In this document: one piece after another, positions 10,016 through 19,612 of the stretch
Layout of the letters: every line of letters begins with the position of its first letter
Position numbering within the stretch: position 1 is the stretch's first letter
The notes under the pieces: model-generated
What the model was told of the DNA's origin: nothing
Seen by the model: only the letters and a program-made list of their open reading frames with translations
Databases searched by the model: none
Position numbers and translations under genes: made by a program
Assembly (NCBI GenBank): GCA_963786935.1
Contig: CAWBAN010000001.1
Coordinates: forward strand, 864,001 to 928,000
Direction: 5' to 3'
DNA: 64,000 bases
Source: an uncultured bacterium
GTDB lineage: Bacteria; Krumholzibacteriota; Krumholzibacteriia; Krumholzibacteriales; Krumholzibacteriaceae

Positions 10016-12186
10016 AACGGACACCGGAGGTACCGGCCTTTCTTCGCGCTGCTCTTCTCGACGAGATTCGATTTGCCGCAGGCGGGACACGGCTGCGCCG
10101 TCGGCTTATCCCAGCTCGCGAAGGTGCATTTCGGATAGTTGCTGCATCCGTAGAAGAGGCGCCCGCGGCGGCTCCGCTTCTCGCCGATCTGGCCGCCGCA
10201 CCCCTCCACCGGGCAGGGGATGCCGAGGGTCACCGCCTCCGTGTACTTGCACGAGGGATACTTCCTGCACGCGATGAACCGTCCGAAGCGACCCGTGCGA
10301 TGCACGAGCTCCCCCCCGCACTGGGGACAGGCGCGGCCGATCGCCTCCATCTCTTCGAGCGGACGCGTGAAACGGCACTCGGGGTATCCGGGGCACGCGA
10401 GGAACGGCCCGTTCCTCCCCCATTTCTTGACGAGGCGCTTGCCGCAGTTTCCGCAGATCTCGTTCGTCTCCTCCTGCACGAGCTTCTTGAGATCCTTCCC
10501 GAGCCCCTGGAGGGCGCCGAGATCAACGGTGAGCGGATCGTAGAAGAGCTTCACGACGGCACGCCAATCGTCGGTCCCCTCCTCCACCTTGTCGAGCTCC
10601 GTTTCCATCCGGGCGGTGAAATCGATCTCGAAAATATCCCGGAAATGGTGCCCGAGCGTCTTCCAGACCTTCTCGCCGAGCTCGGTCGGGCAGAGGGCCG
10701 AGCCCTTCTTGGTGACGTAATCCCTCGCCTGAATGACGCCGAGGATCGACGCGTAGGTGCTGGGGCGCCCGATTCCCTTGTCCTCGAGCTCCTTGATCAG
10801 CGAAGCCTCCGTGTACCGCGGCGGGGGCTCGGTGAAATGCTGCGACGAATCGAGGCTCCTGATCGCGACGCCGTCCCCCGGCGCGAGCGGCGGCAGCATC
10901 TCGTCCTGTTCCGCCTTCTGATCCTGCATGATCGCGAGGAATCCCGGCTTGACGAGCGTTCTGCCGTTCGAGCGCAGGAGGAACCGCTCCCCGGCCGCGA
11001 TGTCGGCCTCGACGGTGCGGTACACCGCGGGCGCGGAGAGGGAAGCGAGAAAACGCTGCCAGATGAGCCGGTACAGCCCGAGCTGGTCCTTGCCGAGATG
11101 CTCCTTGATCGAATCGGGCGTCCGATAGCAATCGGTCGGCCGGATAGCCTCGTGAGCGTCCTGGGCGCCCTTCGCCTTCCGGAAGGCCTTTCGGTTCACG
11201 GCCGGCATATCGCCGCCGAAGGTCTCGCGCAGGTATTCCGTCCCCCGCTCCTGCGCCTCGCCACTCAGCCGCGTCGAATCCGTTCGCATGTAGCTGATGA
11301 GACCGACCGATCCTTCGGGACCGAGCTCGATCCCCTCGTAGAGCTGCTGGGCGATGAGCATCGTCTTCTTGGCCGAGAAGCCGAGCCGGCCCGCGGCTTC
11401 CCGCTGAAGCGTGCTCGTGATGAACGGCGGCTGGGGATTGCGGAGCTTCTCCTTTTCGCTCACGTCGCGCACGAGGAGCGATTCGCGCTTCATGGCGGCG
11501 AGTATCTCCGACGCCTCGTTCTCGTTCTTGATCTCCGGCTTTCGCCCATCGATCTTGAGGAGCTTCGAGGAGAACTCCTCCCCCTTCGCGGTCGCGAGGA
11601 CGCCCTCGATCGTCCAGTATTCCACGGGCACGAAGGCGCGGACCTCGTCCTCGCGTTCGCAAATGAGACGAAGCCCGACGCTCTGCACGCGGCCGGCGCT
11701 CAAGCCCCGGTAGAATATCTTCCAGAGAACGGGGCTGATGAGGTAGCCGAAGAGCCGGTCCAGAACGCGGCGCGCCTGCTGCGCGTTGACCTTGTCGATA
11801 TCGATGTCATGCGGATTGGCAACCGCCTCTTCGATCGCGTGCTTCGTGATCTCGTTGAAGATGATGCGCTTGATCGGCACCTTCGTCTTTTCGAGTATCT
11901 CCTTGAGGTGCCAGGCGATCGCCTCGCCCTCGCGGTCCATATCGGTCGCGAGCAGGATCGAGCCGCTCTTCGACGCCTCGCGACGCAGATCGGTGACGAC
12001 CTTCGTCTTTCCCTTGACCGTGACGTACTTCGGCGTGAAGTTCTTTTCGACCTCGATTCCCAGCTCGCGCTGGGGCAGATCGCGGATATGCCCCACGGAC
12101 GCCTTCACCGAGTATCCCTTACCGAGATATTTCTTGATCGTGCGCGCTTTGGCGGGAGACTCCACGACGACGAGAACCTGCTCCAA
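9991..12186 (-). CDS. topA: DNA topoisomerase I
   Basis: VVESPAK, DxDREGE, SAGRVQS, YMRTDS, C-terminal Zn ribbons; TTG start after AGGAG. Confidence 0.95.
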   Translation of the reverse strand: MEQVLVVVESPAKARTIKKYLGKGYSVKASVGHIRDLPQRELGIEVEKNFTPKYVTVKGKTKVVTDLRREASKSGSILLATDMDREGEAIAWHLKEILEKTKVPIKRIIFNEITKHAIEEAVANPHDIDIDKVNAQQARRVLDRLFGYLISPVLWKIFYRGLSAGRVQSVGLRLICEREDEVRAFVPVEYWTIEGVLATAKGEEFSSKLLKIDGRKPEIKNENEASEILAAMKRESLLVRDVSEKEKLRNPQPPFITSTLQREAAGRLGFSAKKTMLIAQQLYEGIELGPEGSVGLISYMRTDSTRLSGEAQERGTEYLRETFGGDMPAVNRKAFRKAKGAQDAHEAIRPTDCYRTPDSIKEHLGKDQLGLYRLIWQRFLASLSAPAVYRTVEADIAAGERFLLRSNGRTLVKPGFLAIMQDQKAEQDEMLPPLAPGDGVAIRSLDSSQHFTEPPPRYTEASLIKELEDKGIGRPSTYASILGVIQARDYVTKKGSALCPTELGEKVWKTLGHHFRDIFEIDFTARMETELDKVEEGTDDWRAVVKLFYDPLTVDLGALQGLGKDLKKLVQEETNEICGNCGKRLVKKWGRNGPFLACPGYPECRFTRPLEEMEAIGRACPQCGGELVHRTGRFGRFIACRKYPSCKYTEAVTLGIPCPVEGCGGQIGEKRSRRGRLFYGCSNYPKCTFASWDKPTAQPCPACGKSNLVEKSSAKKGRYLRCPLCRHEVSL

Positions 12187-12200
12187 CGGGTGCTCCTTCC

Positions 12201-12644
12201 TCAATGCACGTGTCCGTCATCGCGTCTCGCGACGTCCGGAGAGTTGTCCTGGGGCAAATCGGGAACGAACCGGGAGGCCAGATCCCGAACCTCCTCGAGC
12301 GATACGGGCGGGATGAACTCATAAGCGGCGTTATCGATGATCGAGCTCAGCTGCATCTCGGAAATCCATCCGAGCCGATGGAGGTTGAGCAGAAAGCCCT
12401 GCGCCGGAATCGACAGCGTGTGCTTCTCGAATTCGTTCAGGATGCGGTTGCCGGGATTCGTATCCCCCGCGGGCCCCCGGTCGGCTCCGTCCGATCCGAA
12501 ATCGAGCATCCGGAACGCCTGCCGGATCTCGAATCGCGAGTACCCCATATCCTCGAGCTCGTCCTGAACGAAGGAAGGATCCTTGAGATCCCCCGGCTCG
12601 AGATCCATGATATATTCGATGATCTCTTTAATTCGCTCGCTCAT
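12201..12644 (-). CDS. DUF494/Smg family protein
   Basis: MSERIKEIIEY...GYS..EI..A...RIL.E.E...LS..AQGFL..L..LG; upstream of topA. Confidence 0.75.
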   Translation of the reverse strand: MSERIKEIIEYIMDLEPGDLKDPSFVQDELEDMGYSRFEIRQAFRMLDFGSDGADRGPAGDTNPGNRILNEFEKHTLSIPAQGFLLNLHRLGWISEMQLSSIIDNAAYEFIPPVSLEEVRDLASRFVPDLPQDNSPDVARRDDGHVH

Positions 12645-12701
12645 GCGGTGTCCTCGCGTTCGCGCCGCGGCACGCCGGCCTCGGGGCATCCTGTATGATT
12701 G

Positions 12702-15700
12702 CTACGCCGCGCCCTTTCCGCAACACTTTTTATATTTCTTGCCGCTCCCGCAGGGGCAGGGATCGTTACGTCCCGCGCGCGGCGCAGAGCGAACCGGCTG
12801 CGCCTTCGGGGCGGCGATCGACGGAGCGGCCGCCTGCTGCGAGGCGGGCGCAGCCGTCCCGTCCTGCGGGGCCGGCTGCGGCTGCGCCGCCGCGGCGCTG
12901 TATGTGTTCGCCACCTGATGCACCGCCACGCCTCCTTCGGACCGGCGCCGCGGCCGCCGTTCCTGCTCCGGATCGAAGCGGGCGTGAAAGAGGGCCCAGA
13001 GAATCGAGCGATCGATATCGTCCACCATTTCGGTGAACATCTGGAACGCTTCCTGTTTGTACTCGATCAACGGATCCTTCTGCGCGTACGAGCGCAGGTG
13101 GATTCCCTCGCGTAGATAATCCAGCTCATACAGGTGATCCATCCATTTTTCGTCGATGCTCTGGAGCATGACGTAGCTCAGGAATTTCTGCATGATTTCG
13201 GGCGGGATGAGCGACTTGCGCAGCTCGTACGCCTCGAGCGCCTTCGCCCGGAAATGATCGTAGAGAATCTTCAGATCCGCGGAGCGATCGGTGAACACGT
13301 CGGCGAAATCGAACGACGCGAGGAAGAGGTTTTCGAGCTCCACCGCGGCCGCGTCGAGGTCCCATTCGTCCGGCTGCTCCGATTCGGGCGCATGCTTGTC
13401 CACGATGCTCCCGACGGTGTTCTCGACGAGCTGGACGACGATGTCGTCCAGGTTCGCGGCGTCGAGGATCTGGCTGCGGCGCCCGTAGATCACGCCCCGC
13501 TGCTTGTTCATGACGTCGTCGTACTCGATGAGGCGCTTCCGGATGCCGAAGTTGTACATCTCGACCCGCTTCTGGGCGTTCCCGATGGCGCGCGTGATGA
13601 AGCGGTGCTGGATGTCTTCCCCCTCCTTGACGCCGAGACGGTCCATGACCGCCGAGATGCGCTCCGATCCGAAGAGGCGCATGAGGTCGTCCTCGAGGGA
13701 GATGAAGAAGCGCGACGCGCCCGGATCTCCCTGACGGCCGGCGCGTCCGCGGAGCTGCCGGTCGATCCGCCGCGCCTCGTGACGCTCGGTGCCGATGATA
13801 TGAAGCCCGCACGGGATGTCGGCGAGGCACTCGTCGACATCGCGCTTCTCGTGACCGCACGAGGCGCACTCGTCCGGGGTTTCGCAGAAGATGCAGCATC
13901 GCGCGCACGCCACGATGCCGGGGCTCAGCTTGATGTCGGTGCCGCGCCCCGCCATGTTCGTCGCGATCGTGACGGCGCCCCGCGTGCCCGCCTGGGACAC
14001 GATCTCGGCTTCCTTCTGGTGGTACTTCGCGTTCAGGACGTTGTGCTTGATCCCCTCGCGGGTGAGCATCCTGCTCAGCGTCTCGGAGACCTCGACGGTC
14101 ACCGTGCCCACGAGGATCGGGAGCCCGCGCGCATTGATCCGCTTGATCTCCTCGATGATCGCGTGATATTTCTCGCGCTTCGTCCGGAAGATGACGTCAT
14201 CGTAGTCGATGCGCCGCACCGGCCTGTTCGTGGGCATGACCTCGACGGCGAGCTTGTATATCTTGTGGAACTCTTCCTCTTCCGTCTCGGCGGTTCCCGT
14301 CATGCCGGCGAGCTTCTCGTACATCCTGAAATAATTCTGGAGCGTGATGGTGGCGAGCGTCTGGGTCTCCCCCTCGATCGTGACCCGCTCCTTCGCCTCG
14401 AGCGCCTGATGGAGCCCCTCGCTGAAACGGCGTCCCGGCATGAGACGCCCGGTAAACTCGTCGACGATGAGCACGCGGCCGTCCTGGACGACGTAGTCGA
14501 CGTCCTTCTCGAACAGGGCGTACGCCTTGAGCAGCTGCGAGAAATTATGGATGACCTCGGTCTTTTCCGCGTATTTCCGATAGGCGGCGTCCTTCTTCTT
14601 CGCCCGGTCCTTCGGCGAGAGGGACGCGTCCATATCGATCTCCTTGATCTGGATGCTGAGATCGGGCAGGACGAAGAGCTCCTGATCCTCGGCGGAAAGG
14701 TTGGTGCGCCCCCGTTCCGTCATGTCGATCGTGTTCGCCTTTTCGTCGATGACGAAGTAGAGCTCCTCGTCGAGCTCGGGAAGGCGCTTGTCCCGCATGA
14801 GCTCGTTCTCGACGGAAAGCATGAGCTTCTCGAAGCCCGGTTTCTTGCGGAGCTTCATGAACTTCTTGTTCTTCGGATCCCCCCGGCGCGCGAGCAACAA
14901 ATTGACGCCGATATCGTCCCCTTCGGGCTCTTCGGCGTCCTCCTGGCGCTCTACCTTCGTCATCAGGTCGTTGACCAGCTGCTTCTGATTGCGCACGAGC
15001 AGTTCGACGCGGTTCCGCAGATACGCGTAATTGTCCGCGAGCGCCGATCCGGAAACGGCGCCCGAGATGATGAGCGGGGTCCGCGCCTCGTCGATGAGCA
15101 CGCTGTCGACCTCGTCGACGATCGCGTAATGATGGCCGCGCTGCACCTGGAACTGCTTTCCGGGCTTCATGTTATCGCGGAGATAATCGAATCCGAACTC
15201 GTTGTTTGTCCCGTAGGTGATATCGCTCGCGTAGACCCGCTGGCGGTCCTCCGTCTCCATCTCGTTCTGCAGGAATCCCACGCTCAGGCCGAGAAACCGG
15301 TAGATCTCCCCCATCCACTCGGCGTCGCGCCGGGCCAGGTAATCGTTCACCGTTACGAGGTGCGCGCCCTTCTTCGTGAGCGCGTTCAGATAGAGCGGCA
15401 TCGTCGCCACGAGCGTCTTGCCCTCGCCGGTCGCCATTTCAGCGATCTCGCCCCGGTGCAGAACGATCGCGCCCGCGATCTGGCAATCGAAGGGGATCAT
15501 GTCCCAGGTGATCGGATGGCCGACGATGTCCCACGTGCGTCCGACGAGCCTCCGGCAGGCGTCGCAGACGAGGCCGTACGCCTCGGGAAGCAGCTGATCG
15601 GGCGTCTCGCCGGCACGGATCCTCGCAACGAACTCCTCGGTCTTCTTCGGAATATCCGCGTCGTCGAGCCCGCGGTATTTTTCCGCCCAGCCCCTGACCG

Positions 15701-15776
15701 TCCCGATCTCATCGGCGACGCGGCTCATGAGCCGCGTCTTCCGGTCACCGAACAATTTCTGCATCAGACCCTTCAT
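12702..15776 (-). CDS. secA: Preprotein translocase ATPase SecA
   Basis: MATGEGKT, DEVDS, TNMAGRGTDI, QLRGRAGRQGDPG, C-terminal CPCGSGKKYKKCC; GGAGG RBS. Confidence 0.97.
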   Translation of the reverse strand: MKGLMQKLFGDRKTRLMSRVADEIGTVRGWAEKYRGLDDADIPKKTEEFVARIRAGETPDQLLPEAYGLVCDACRRLVGRTWDIVGHPITWDMIPFDCQIAGAIVLHRGEIAEMATGEGKTLVATMPLYLNALTKKGAHLVTVNDYLARRDAEWMGEIYRFLGLSVGFLQNEMETEDRQRVYASDITYGTNNEFGFDYLRDNMKPGKQFQVQRGHHYAIVDEVDSVLIDEARTPLIISGAVSGSALADNYAYLRNRVELLVRNQKQLVNDLMTKVERQEDAEEPEGDDIGVNLLLARRGDPKNKKFMKLRKKPGFEKLMLSVENELMRDKRLPELDEELYFVIDEKANTIDMTERGRTNLSAEDQELFVLPDLSIQIKEIDMDASLSPKDRAKKKDAAYRKYAEKTEVIHNFSQLLKAYALFEKDVDYVVQDGRVLIVDEFTGRLMPGRRFSEGLHQALEAKERVTIEGETQTLATITLQNYFRMYEKLAGMTGTAETEEEEFHKIYKLAVEVMPTNRPVRRIDYDDVIFRTKREKYHAIIEEIKRINARGLPILVGTVTVEVSETLSRMLTREGIKHNVLNAKYHQKEAEIVSQAGTRGAVTIATNMAGRGTDIKLSPGIVACARCCIFCETPDECASCGHEKRDVDECLADIPCGLHIIGTERHEARRIDRQLRGRAGRQGDPGASRFFISLEDDLMRLFGSERISAVMDRLGVKEGEDIQHRFITRAIGNAQKRVEMYNFGIRKRLIEYDDVMNKQRGVIYGRRSQILDAANLDDIVVQLVENTVGSIVDKHAPESEQPDEWDLDAAAVELENLFLASFDFADVFTDRSADLKILYDHFRAKALEAYELRKSLIPPEIMQKFLSYVMLQSIDEKWMDHLYELDYLREGIHLRSYAQKDPLIEYKQEAFQMFTEMVDDIDRSILWALFHARFDPEQERRPRRRSEGGVAVHQVANTYSAAAAQPQPAPQDGTAAPASQQAAAPSIAAPKAQPVRSAPRAGRNDPCPCGSGKKYKKCCGKGAA

Positions 15777-15803
15777 GAAACGCGAAACCTCCTGTTCGCC
15801 CGC

Positions 15804-15832
15804 AAGATAACAAATCGCGCCGGCGATGGCAA
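15804..15832 (-). promoter_or_regulatory. sigma70-like promoter of secA
   Basis: TTGCCA-17 bp-TATCTT. Confidence 0.6.
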
Positions 15833-15898
15833 GGCGCCCGGCGCCCCGCCCCCGCCGGCCGAAGACACCGATCGCGCCCGGCCGCTCCCCCGTTTCCC

Positions 15899-17803
15899 TC
15901 AGGACGCGGCCGTCGCGGAGAGCCTGATCGCGTGAAATATGCCGCCGTTCGAACCGAAAAAGAGGTGTTTCCCGTCGGTCTCGGGAGATGAGTAAATCGC
16001 CGATCCGGCGCGGTACGAACCGGCCAGCTCGCCGCTCGCTGCATCGACGGCGACGAGCTCGGCCGCGTACGTCGTGACGAACACGGATGATCCCGCGACG
16101 AGCGGCTTCGAATGCACGACGCCTCCGACGCCCCTCTTCCATCGCGGCGCTCCCTCGAACGTGAGCGCGTAGAGCGTCCCGCTCCGCGAGCCGATATAGA
16201 TCGCGTCCTCGCCGAACGAGGCGGAGCCGTCGATCGCCGCGTCCGCGGTGAATTTCCACACGCGCGCGCCGCTCGCGAGCGAGAATGCGTGCACGCCCCG
16301 GTCCTTGGCGCCGCAGACGACGAGATCGCGCTTTTCTCCGCAGGCCGGGCTCGAGGCGACGCCGGCGCCGATCTTCGCCTTCCAGACGGCCGTTCCCCGG
16401 CGATCGATCCGGTAGAGCGCGCCGTCCGTCGTGACCGCGAGCACCCAGTCCTTGCCGGCGGTCAGGTTGCCCCTGATCGACGCCCCGAGCTTCTTCTCCC
16501 AGACTTTCCGTGCGTCCGCGAGTCGCACGGCGAAGAGCCTCCCGTCCGTCGTCGCCGCGTAAACCAGCTCTCCGTCGCAATCGGGCGAGCTGACGATCTT
16601 CGAGCGCGTCGAAAACGTCCAGAGCGCCTTTCCCGTATTCGCGTCGAGACAGAAGACGGTGCCTCGATAATCCGCGCCGATCACCCGGTTCTCCGCGCAG
16701 CAGGGCGATGCGCCGATGCCGGCCCGGGCCCGGTATTTCCAGGCGAGCTCGCCGTCCGGCGTGAAGGCGTACAGATTCCCGTCCCTGCAGCCGAAATAGA
16801 CCTTTCCCCGATAGTAGCGCGCGGAAGACGTCACCGCGTCGCTGAACGATCGTTTCCACGCCTCGCTCAAATCGATCATCTCCCGGCGGTCCGCCTCGCG
16901 GGGCGCCGCCGGCGATACCTTGCCGGCGCCCGTCGCGGCCGAATCCCGTCGCGCCTGATCCGCCGCGGCGAGCAGCGCGCTCGAATCATCCGGCGCGCGC
17001 CCGCGGCTTCGATTCATGACGGCTCCGCCGATGAAAGCCGCGAGAACGATCGCCCCCGCGATCGAGCCGGCGATGAGCGGGGGATTGACGCGCAGGCGGG
17101 CCCGGATCGGGCGCTTTCGCTCCGGCGCCGGCTCATCGACCGCGACGCTGCTCCAGTGGAGGGCGGGAATGGAGCGGGAAACCGCGATCTCGATGCCCGT
17201 GTCGCGGGGAAACTCGAACGAGGGGAAGAAGACGCTGTTTCGGAGCGATTCGTCGTGCCGCGCGACGAACTCGTCGGAAGGTGCAAGGATGACCGTATGC
17301 TCTCCGTCCCCGATCGTGAACCGGTACAGCGCGAGCATATCCTCCGGCGAGCGCCGGAACAGGTCGCGCTGATCGTCGCCGCCGCCGAGGGGGACCTCGC
17401 AGAAACCCTTCAGCGAGCGCGCCGAATCACGTCGGCCTGTCCGCACGTCGCAGTGAACGAGCGCGGCGTCCCGGTTGCAGAGCAGGTGCACCTCGTTGCC
17501 CCGGCGTATCACGATCATGAGGAGAACATCATCGAGGATATGCCCCTCTCCGCCCTCCCCGGCGGCACGTTCCGTGAACTGCTCGAAAACGCGGGTGAAG
17601 TAATGCGCGGGCGCGCCGAGTCGCGACGCCGAGACGGCTTCCCTGAACAAGCCCCTGAGTGCCGGTTCCTGCTCGGGCCGCCCCGGCGAAAAGAAGAGGA
17701 AGAACTCCTCCCCGCCGTCCCTGCCCGGAATCTCCTGATAGACGAGGGCATCCTTGGAGCCGCGGGCTCCAAAGCATACGAAGGAAGTGCGCTTCATCTC
17801 CAT
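15899..17803 (-). CDS. Single-pass membrane protein: degenerate PP2C-like N-domain, TM helix, PQQ-type (BamB-like) beta-propeller
   Basis: TM LIAGSIAGAIVLAAFIGG; about 8 repeats of SP..v.G..dG.l.A...tG...W. Confidence 0.75.
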   Translation of the reverse strand: MEMKRTSFVCFGARGSKDALVYQEIPGRDGGEEFFLFFSPGRPEQEPALRGLFREAVSASRLGAPAHYFTRVFEQFTERAAGEGGEGHILDDVLLMIVIRRGNEVHLLCNRDAALVHCDVRTGRRDSARSLKGFCEVPLGGGDDQRDLFRRSPEDMLALYRFTIGDGEHTVILAPSDEFVARHDESLRNSVFFPSFEFPRDTGIEIAVSRSIPALHWSSVAVDEPAPERKRPIRARLRVNPPLIAGSIAGAIVLAAFIGGAVMNRSRGRAPDDSSALLAAADQARRDSAATGAGKVSPAAPREADRREMIDLSEAWKRSFSDAVTSSARYYRGKVYFGCRDGNLYAFTPDGELAWKYRARAGIGASPCCAENRVIGADYRGTVFCLDANTGKALWTFSTRSKIVSSPDCDGELVYAATTDGRLFAVRLADARKVWEKKLGASIRGNLTAGKDWVLAVTTDGALYRIDRRGTAVWKAKIGAGVASSPACGEKRDLVVCGAKDRGVHAFSLASGARVWKFTADAAIDGSASFGEDAIYIGSRSGTLYALTFEGAPRWKRGVGGVVHSKPLVAGSSVFVTTYAAELVAVDAASGELAGSYRAGSAIYSSPETDGKHLFFGSNGGIFHAIRLSATAAS

Positions 17804-17817
17804 CACCCCGGAGCCCG

Positions 17818-17846
17818 AGGGTAGAGGGGGCGCAATAAAATTGCAA
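17818..17846 (-). promoter_or_regulatory. sigma70-like promoter of the PQQ-propeller gene
   Basis: TTGCAA-17 bp-TACCCT in an AT-rich patch. Confidence 0.5.
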
Positions 17847-17880
17847 TAGATATCGATGGGGACGCGACGGAGCGCTTCGA

Positions 17881-18573
17881 TCAACCGATGCGCGACACGA
17901 TTCCCTTGAAGCCCGTCACGATCTTGTCGATCGGGCCGACCTCTTTCTTCTCATCCGCGCTCTCGCCGCTGATCTCGAGATATTTCTTCGCGACCGGGTT
18001 TTCCGAATCCCATTTGAGGGCTTCCCTGAAATGCCGGATCGCGATCTTCTTGAGACCCGCCTTGAAGTAGACGAATCCGAGATTCGCGTGATAATCGGCG
18101 TTGTAGAACTCCATCTCGATGGCCTTGAGACATTCGTCGCGCGCTTCGTGCAGCCGCGTGTTGAGCATCCCGAGACAGAAACCGTACCAGCTGTGGTACG
18201 CCGGATTGAGCGGATCGTACTTGACCGCGGCCTTGAAGAGGAGCGCGGCCTTGTCGAACCGTCCGCTCCGCATCGCTTCCTTCGCCTGCGTGAACGAGAG
18301 CATCGCCGATCGGCGGTCCTTCTCCTGGATGGCGATCGCGTCCTTGGCCCCGCCTCTGCTCTGCCGCATCGACTCGTCGTACGTCGCGCGCTTTCCGGAA
18401 TCGCTCAGAATCCCGTACGCCTCGTTGATCACCTTGAACCGCTCGCGGTTCTCGGGCGTATCCCCCGCCGCGTCGGGATGGTACAGTTTGGCGAGACGGA
18501 AGTAGTTCTTCTTGATCTCCTCGACCGACGCGGTCGGCCACACTTCAAGGATCGAATAGTAATCAACGCTCAC
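17881..18573 (-). CDS. J-domain (DnaJ) protein with TPR repeats
   Basis: DYYSILEV...YHPD...INEAY.ILSD..KR.YD; TPR helices follow. Confidence 0.9.
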   Translation of the reverse strand: MSVDYYSILEVWPTASVEEIKKNYFRLAKLYHPDAAGDTPENRERFKVINEAYGILSDSGKRATYDESMRQSRGGAKDAIAIQEKDRRSAMLSFTQAKEAMRSGRFDKAALLFKAAVKYDPLNPAYHSWYGFCLGMLNTRLHEARDECLKAIEMEFYNADYHANLGFVYFKAGLKKIAIRHFREALKWDSENPVAKKYLEISGESADEKKEVGPIDKIVTGFKGIVSRIG

Positions 18574-18585
18574 GTCAGTACACCC

Positions 18586-19521
18586 CTATTTCTCGATCGG
18601 CTGCAGCTCGCGGAAGAGGTTGACGGCGAGTTCGTTCTCGGGATCGAGCTCGAGCACGAGCTCAAGGTTGCGTACCGCTTCATCCCGTGCGCCTTTTTCG
18701 TAGAGCGCGAGCGCGAGGTTGAGCCGCGCCTTCAAATAATCGGGATTGATCTTCAGCGCCGTTTCGAACTCCATGACCGCGTCGTCCGTCATGCCCCGGT
18801 TGGCGTACGCGATACCGAGGAGATTATGAATGTCGGGATAATGCGGCGTGATCGCGAGCGATCGCTTGAGCTCGGCGATCGCGGCGTCGCATTCGCCGTT
18901 CTGGATGGCCTCGAGCGCGATCTGCTTGCTCACCTGGGCCGAAGTCGGCTTTTCCTCGAGCAGCGCGCGGAACACCGGTGAGCGCTCCTCGGCGGGCGCG
19001 TTGTTCCGGATGAGCCGGGCAAGATCGTTCACCTGATCGGCGAAGAACGACGGCGCGCTCGAAAGGCTCTTGTTGAGCTCTTCGATGGCGCGCTCGTTCT
19101 CGCCCGCGTCGCTGAAACTCTTCGCGAGGAGGAACCGGGCTCTCAGGTAGCCCGGATTGATGGCGAGCGCGCGGCCGAAGCTGTCCCGGGCTTCGCCGGT
19201 GCGGCCCATATCCGCGTAGACACGGCCGAGGGTCATATGCACGTCCGCGTAGCGCGGCTGCAGAATGATCGCCTTTTCGAGCGCGGCGGCCGCATCGGCC
19301 GGAACCCCCTCCCGGCATGCGGTTTTCGCGTACTCGATATACGACTCGACCATGTACATGCGGATCATTTCCTGATCCTGGCTTTTCCCCTCGACCGCTA
19401 TCTTCGAGAGATACATCTCGAATTCGCGGCACGCTTTCTTGTAGTCGCCGTTGTTGAAATGGGTCAGCGCTTTCTTCAAGGCGCTCCGCGGAACGAATCG
19501 AAAGAAGCGTTCGGAAAACAT
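18586..19521 (-). CDS. TPR repeat protein
   Basis: Repeated ALAINP.Y..A...LA, HNLLG motifs. Confidence 0.85.
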   Translation of the reverse strand: MFSERFFRFVPRSALKKALTHFNNGDYKKACREFEMYLSKIAVEGKSQDQEMIRMYMVESYIEYAKTACREGVPADAAAALEKAIILQPRYADVHMTLGRVYADMGRTGEARDSFGRALAINPGYLRARFLLAKSFSDAGENERAIEELNKSLSSAPSFFADQVNDLARLIRNNAPAEERSPVFRALLEEKPTSAQVSKQIALEAIQNGECDAAIAELKRSLAITPHYPDIHNLLGIAYANRGMTDDAVMEFETALKINPDYLKARLNLALALYEKGARDEAVRNLELVLELDPENELAVNLFRELQPIEK

Positions 19522-19586
19522 CTCCGTCGACCTGCCTTGCACATTGCACATGTTTGCTGTATCCGGAATAACCGTATGAATCCATG

Positions 19587-19602
19587 AGCAATAAGCGCGC
19601 CA
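19587..19602 (-). promoter_or_regulatory. sigma54 (-24/-12) promoter of the TPR / J-domain genes
   Basis: TGGCGC-gctta-TTGCT in the intergenic gap, correct orientation. Confidence 0.7.
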
Positions 19603-19612
19603 ACCGACTCGG

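Noticed and set aside
12702..16859. 1385-aa SecA with a long N-terminal extension
   Set aside because: The extension is an off-frame read of the propeller gene; RBS and promoter place the start at 15776.
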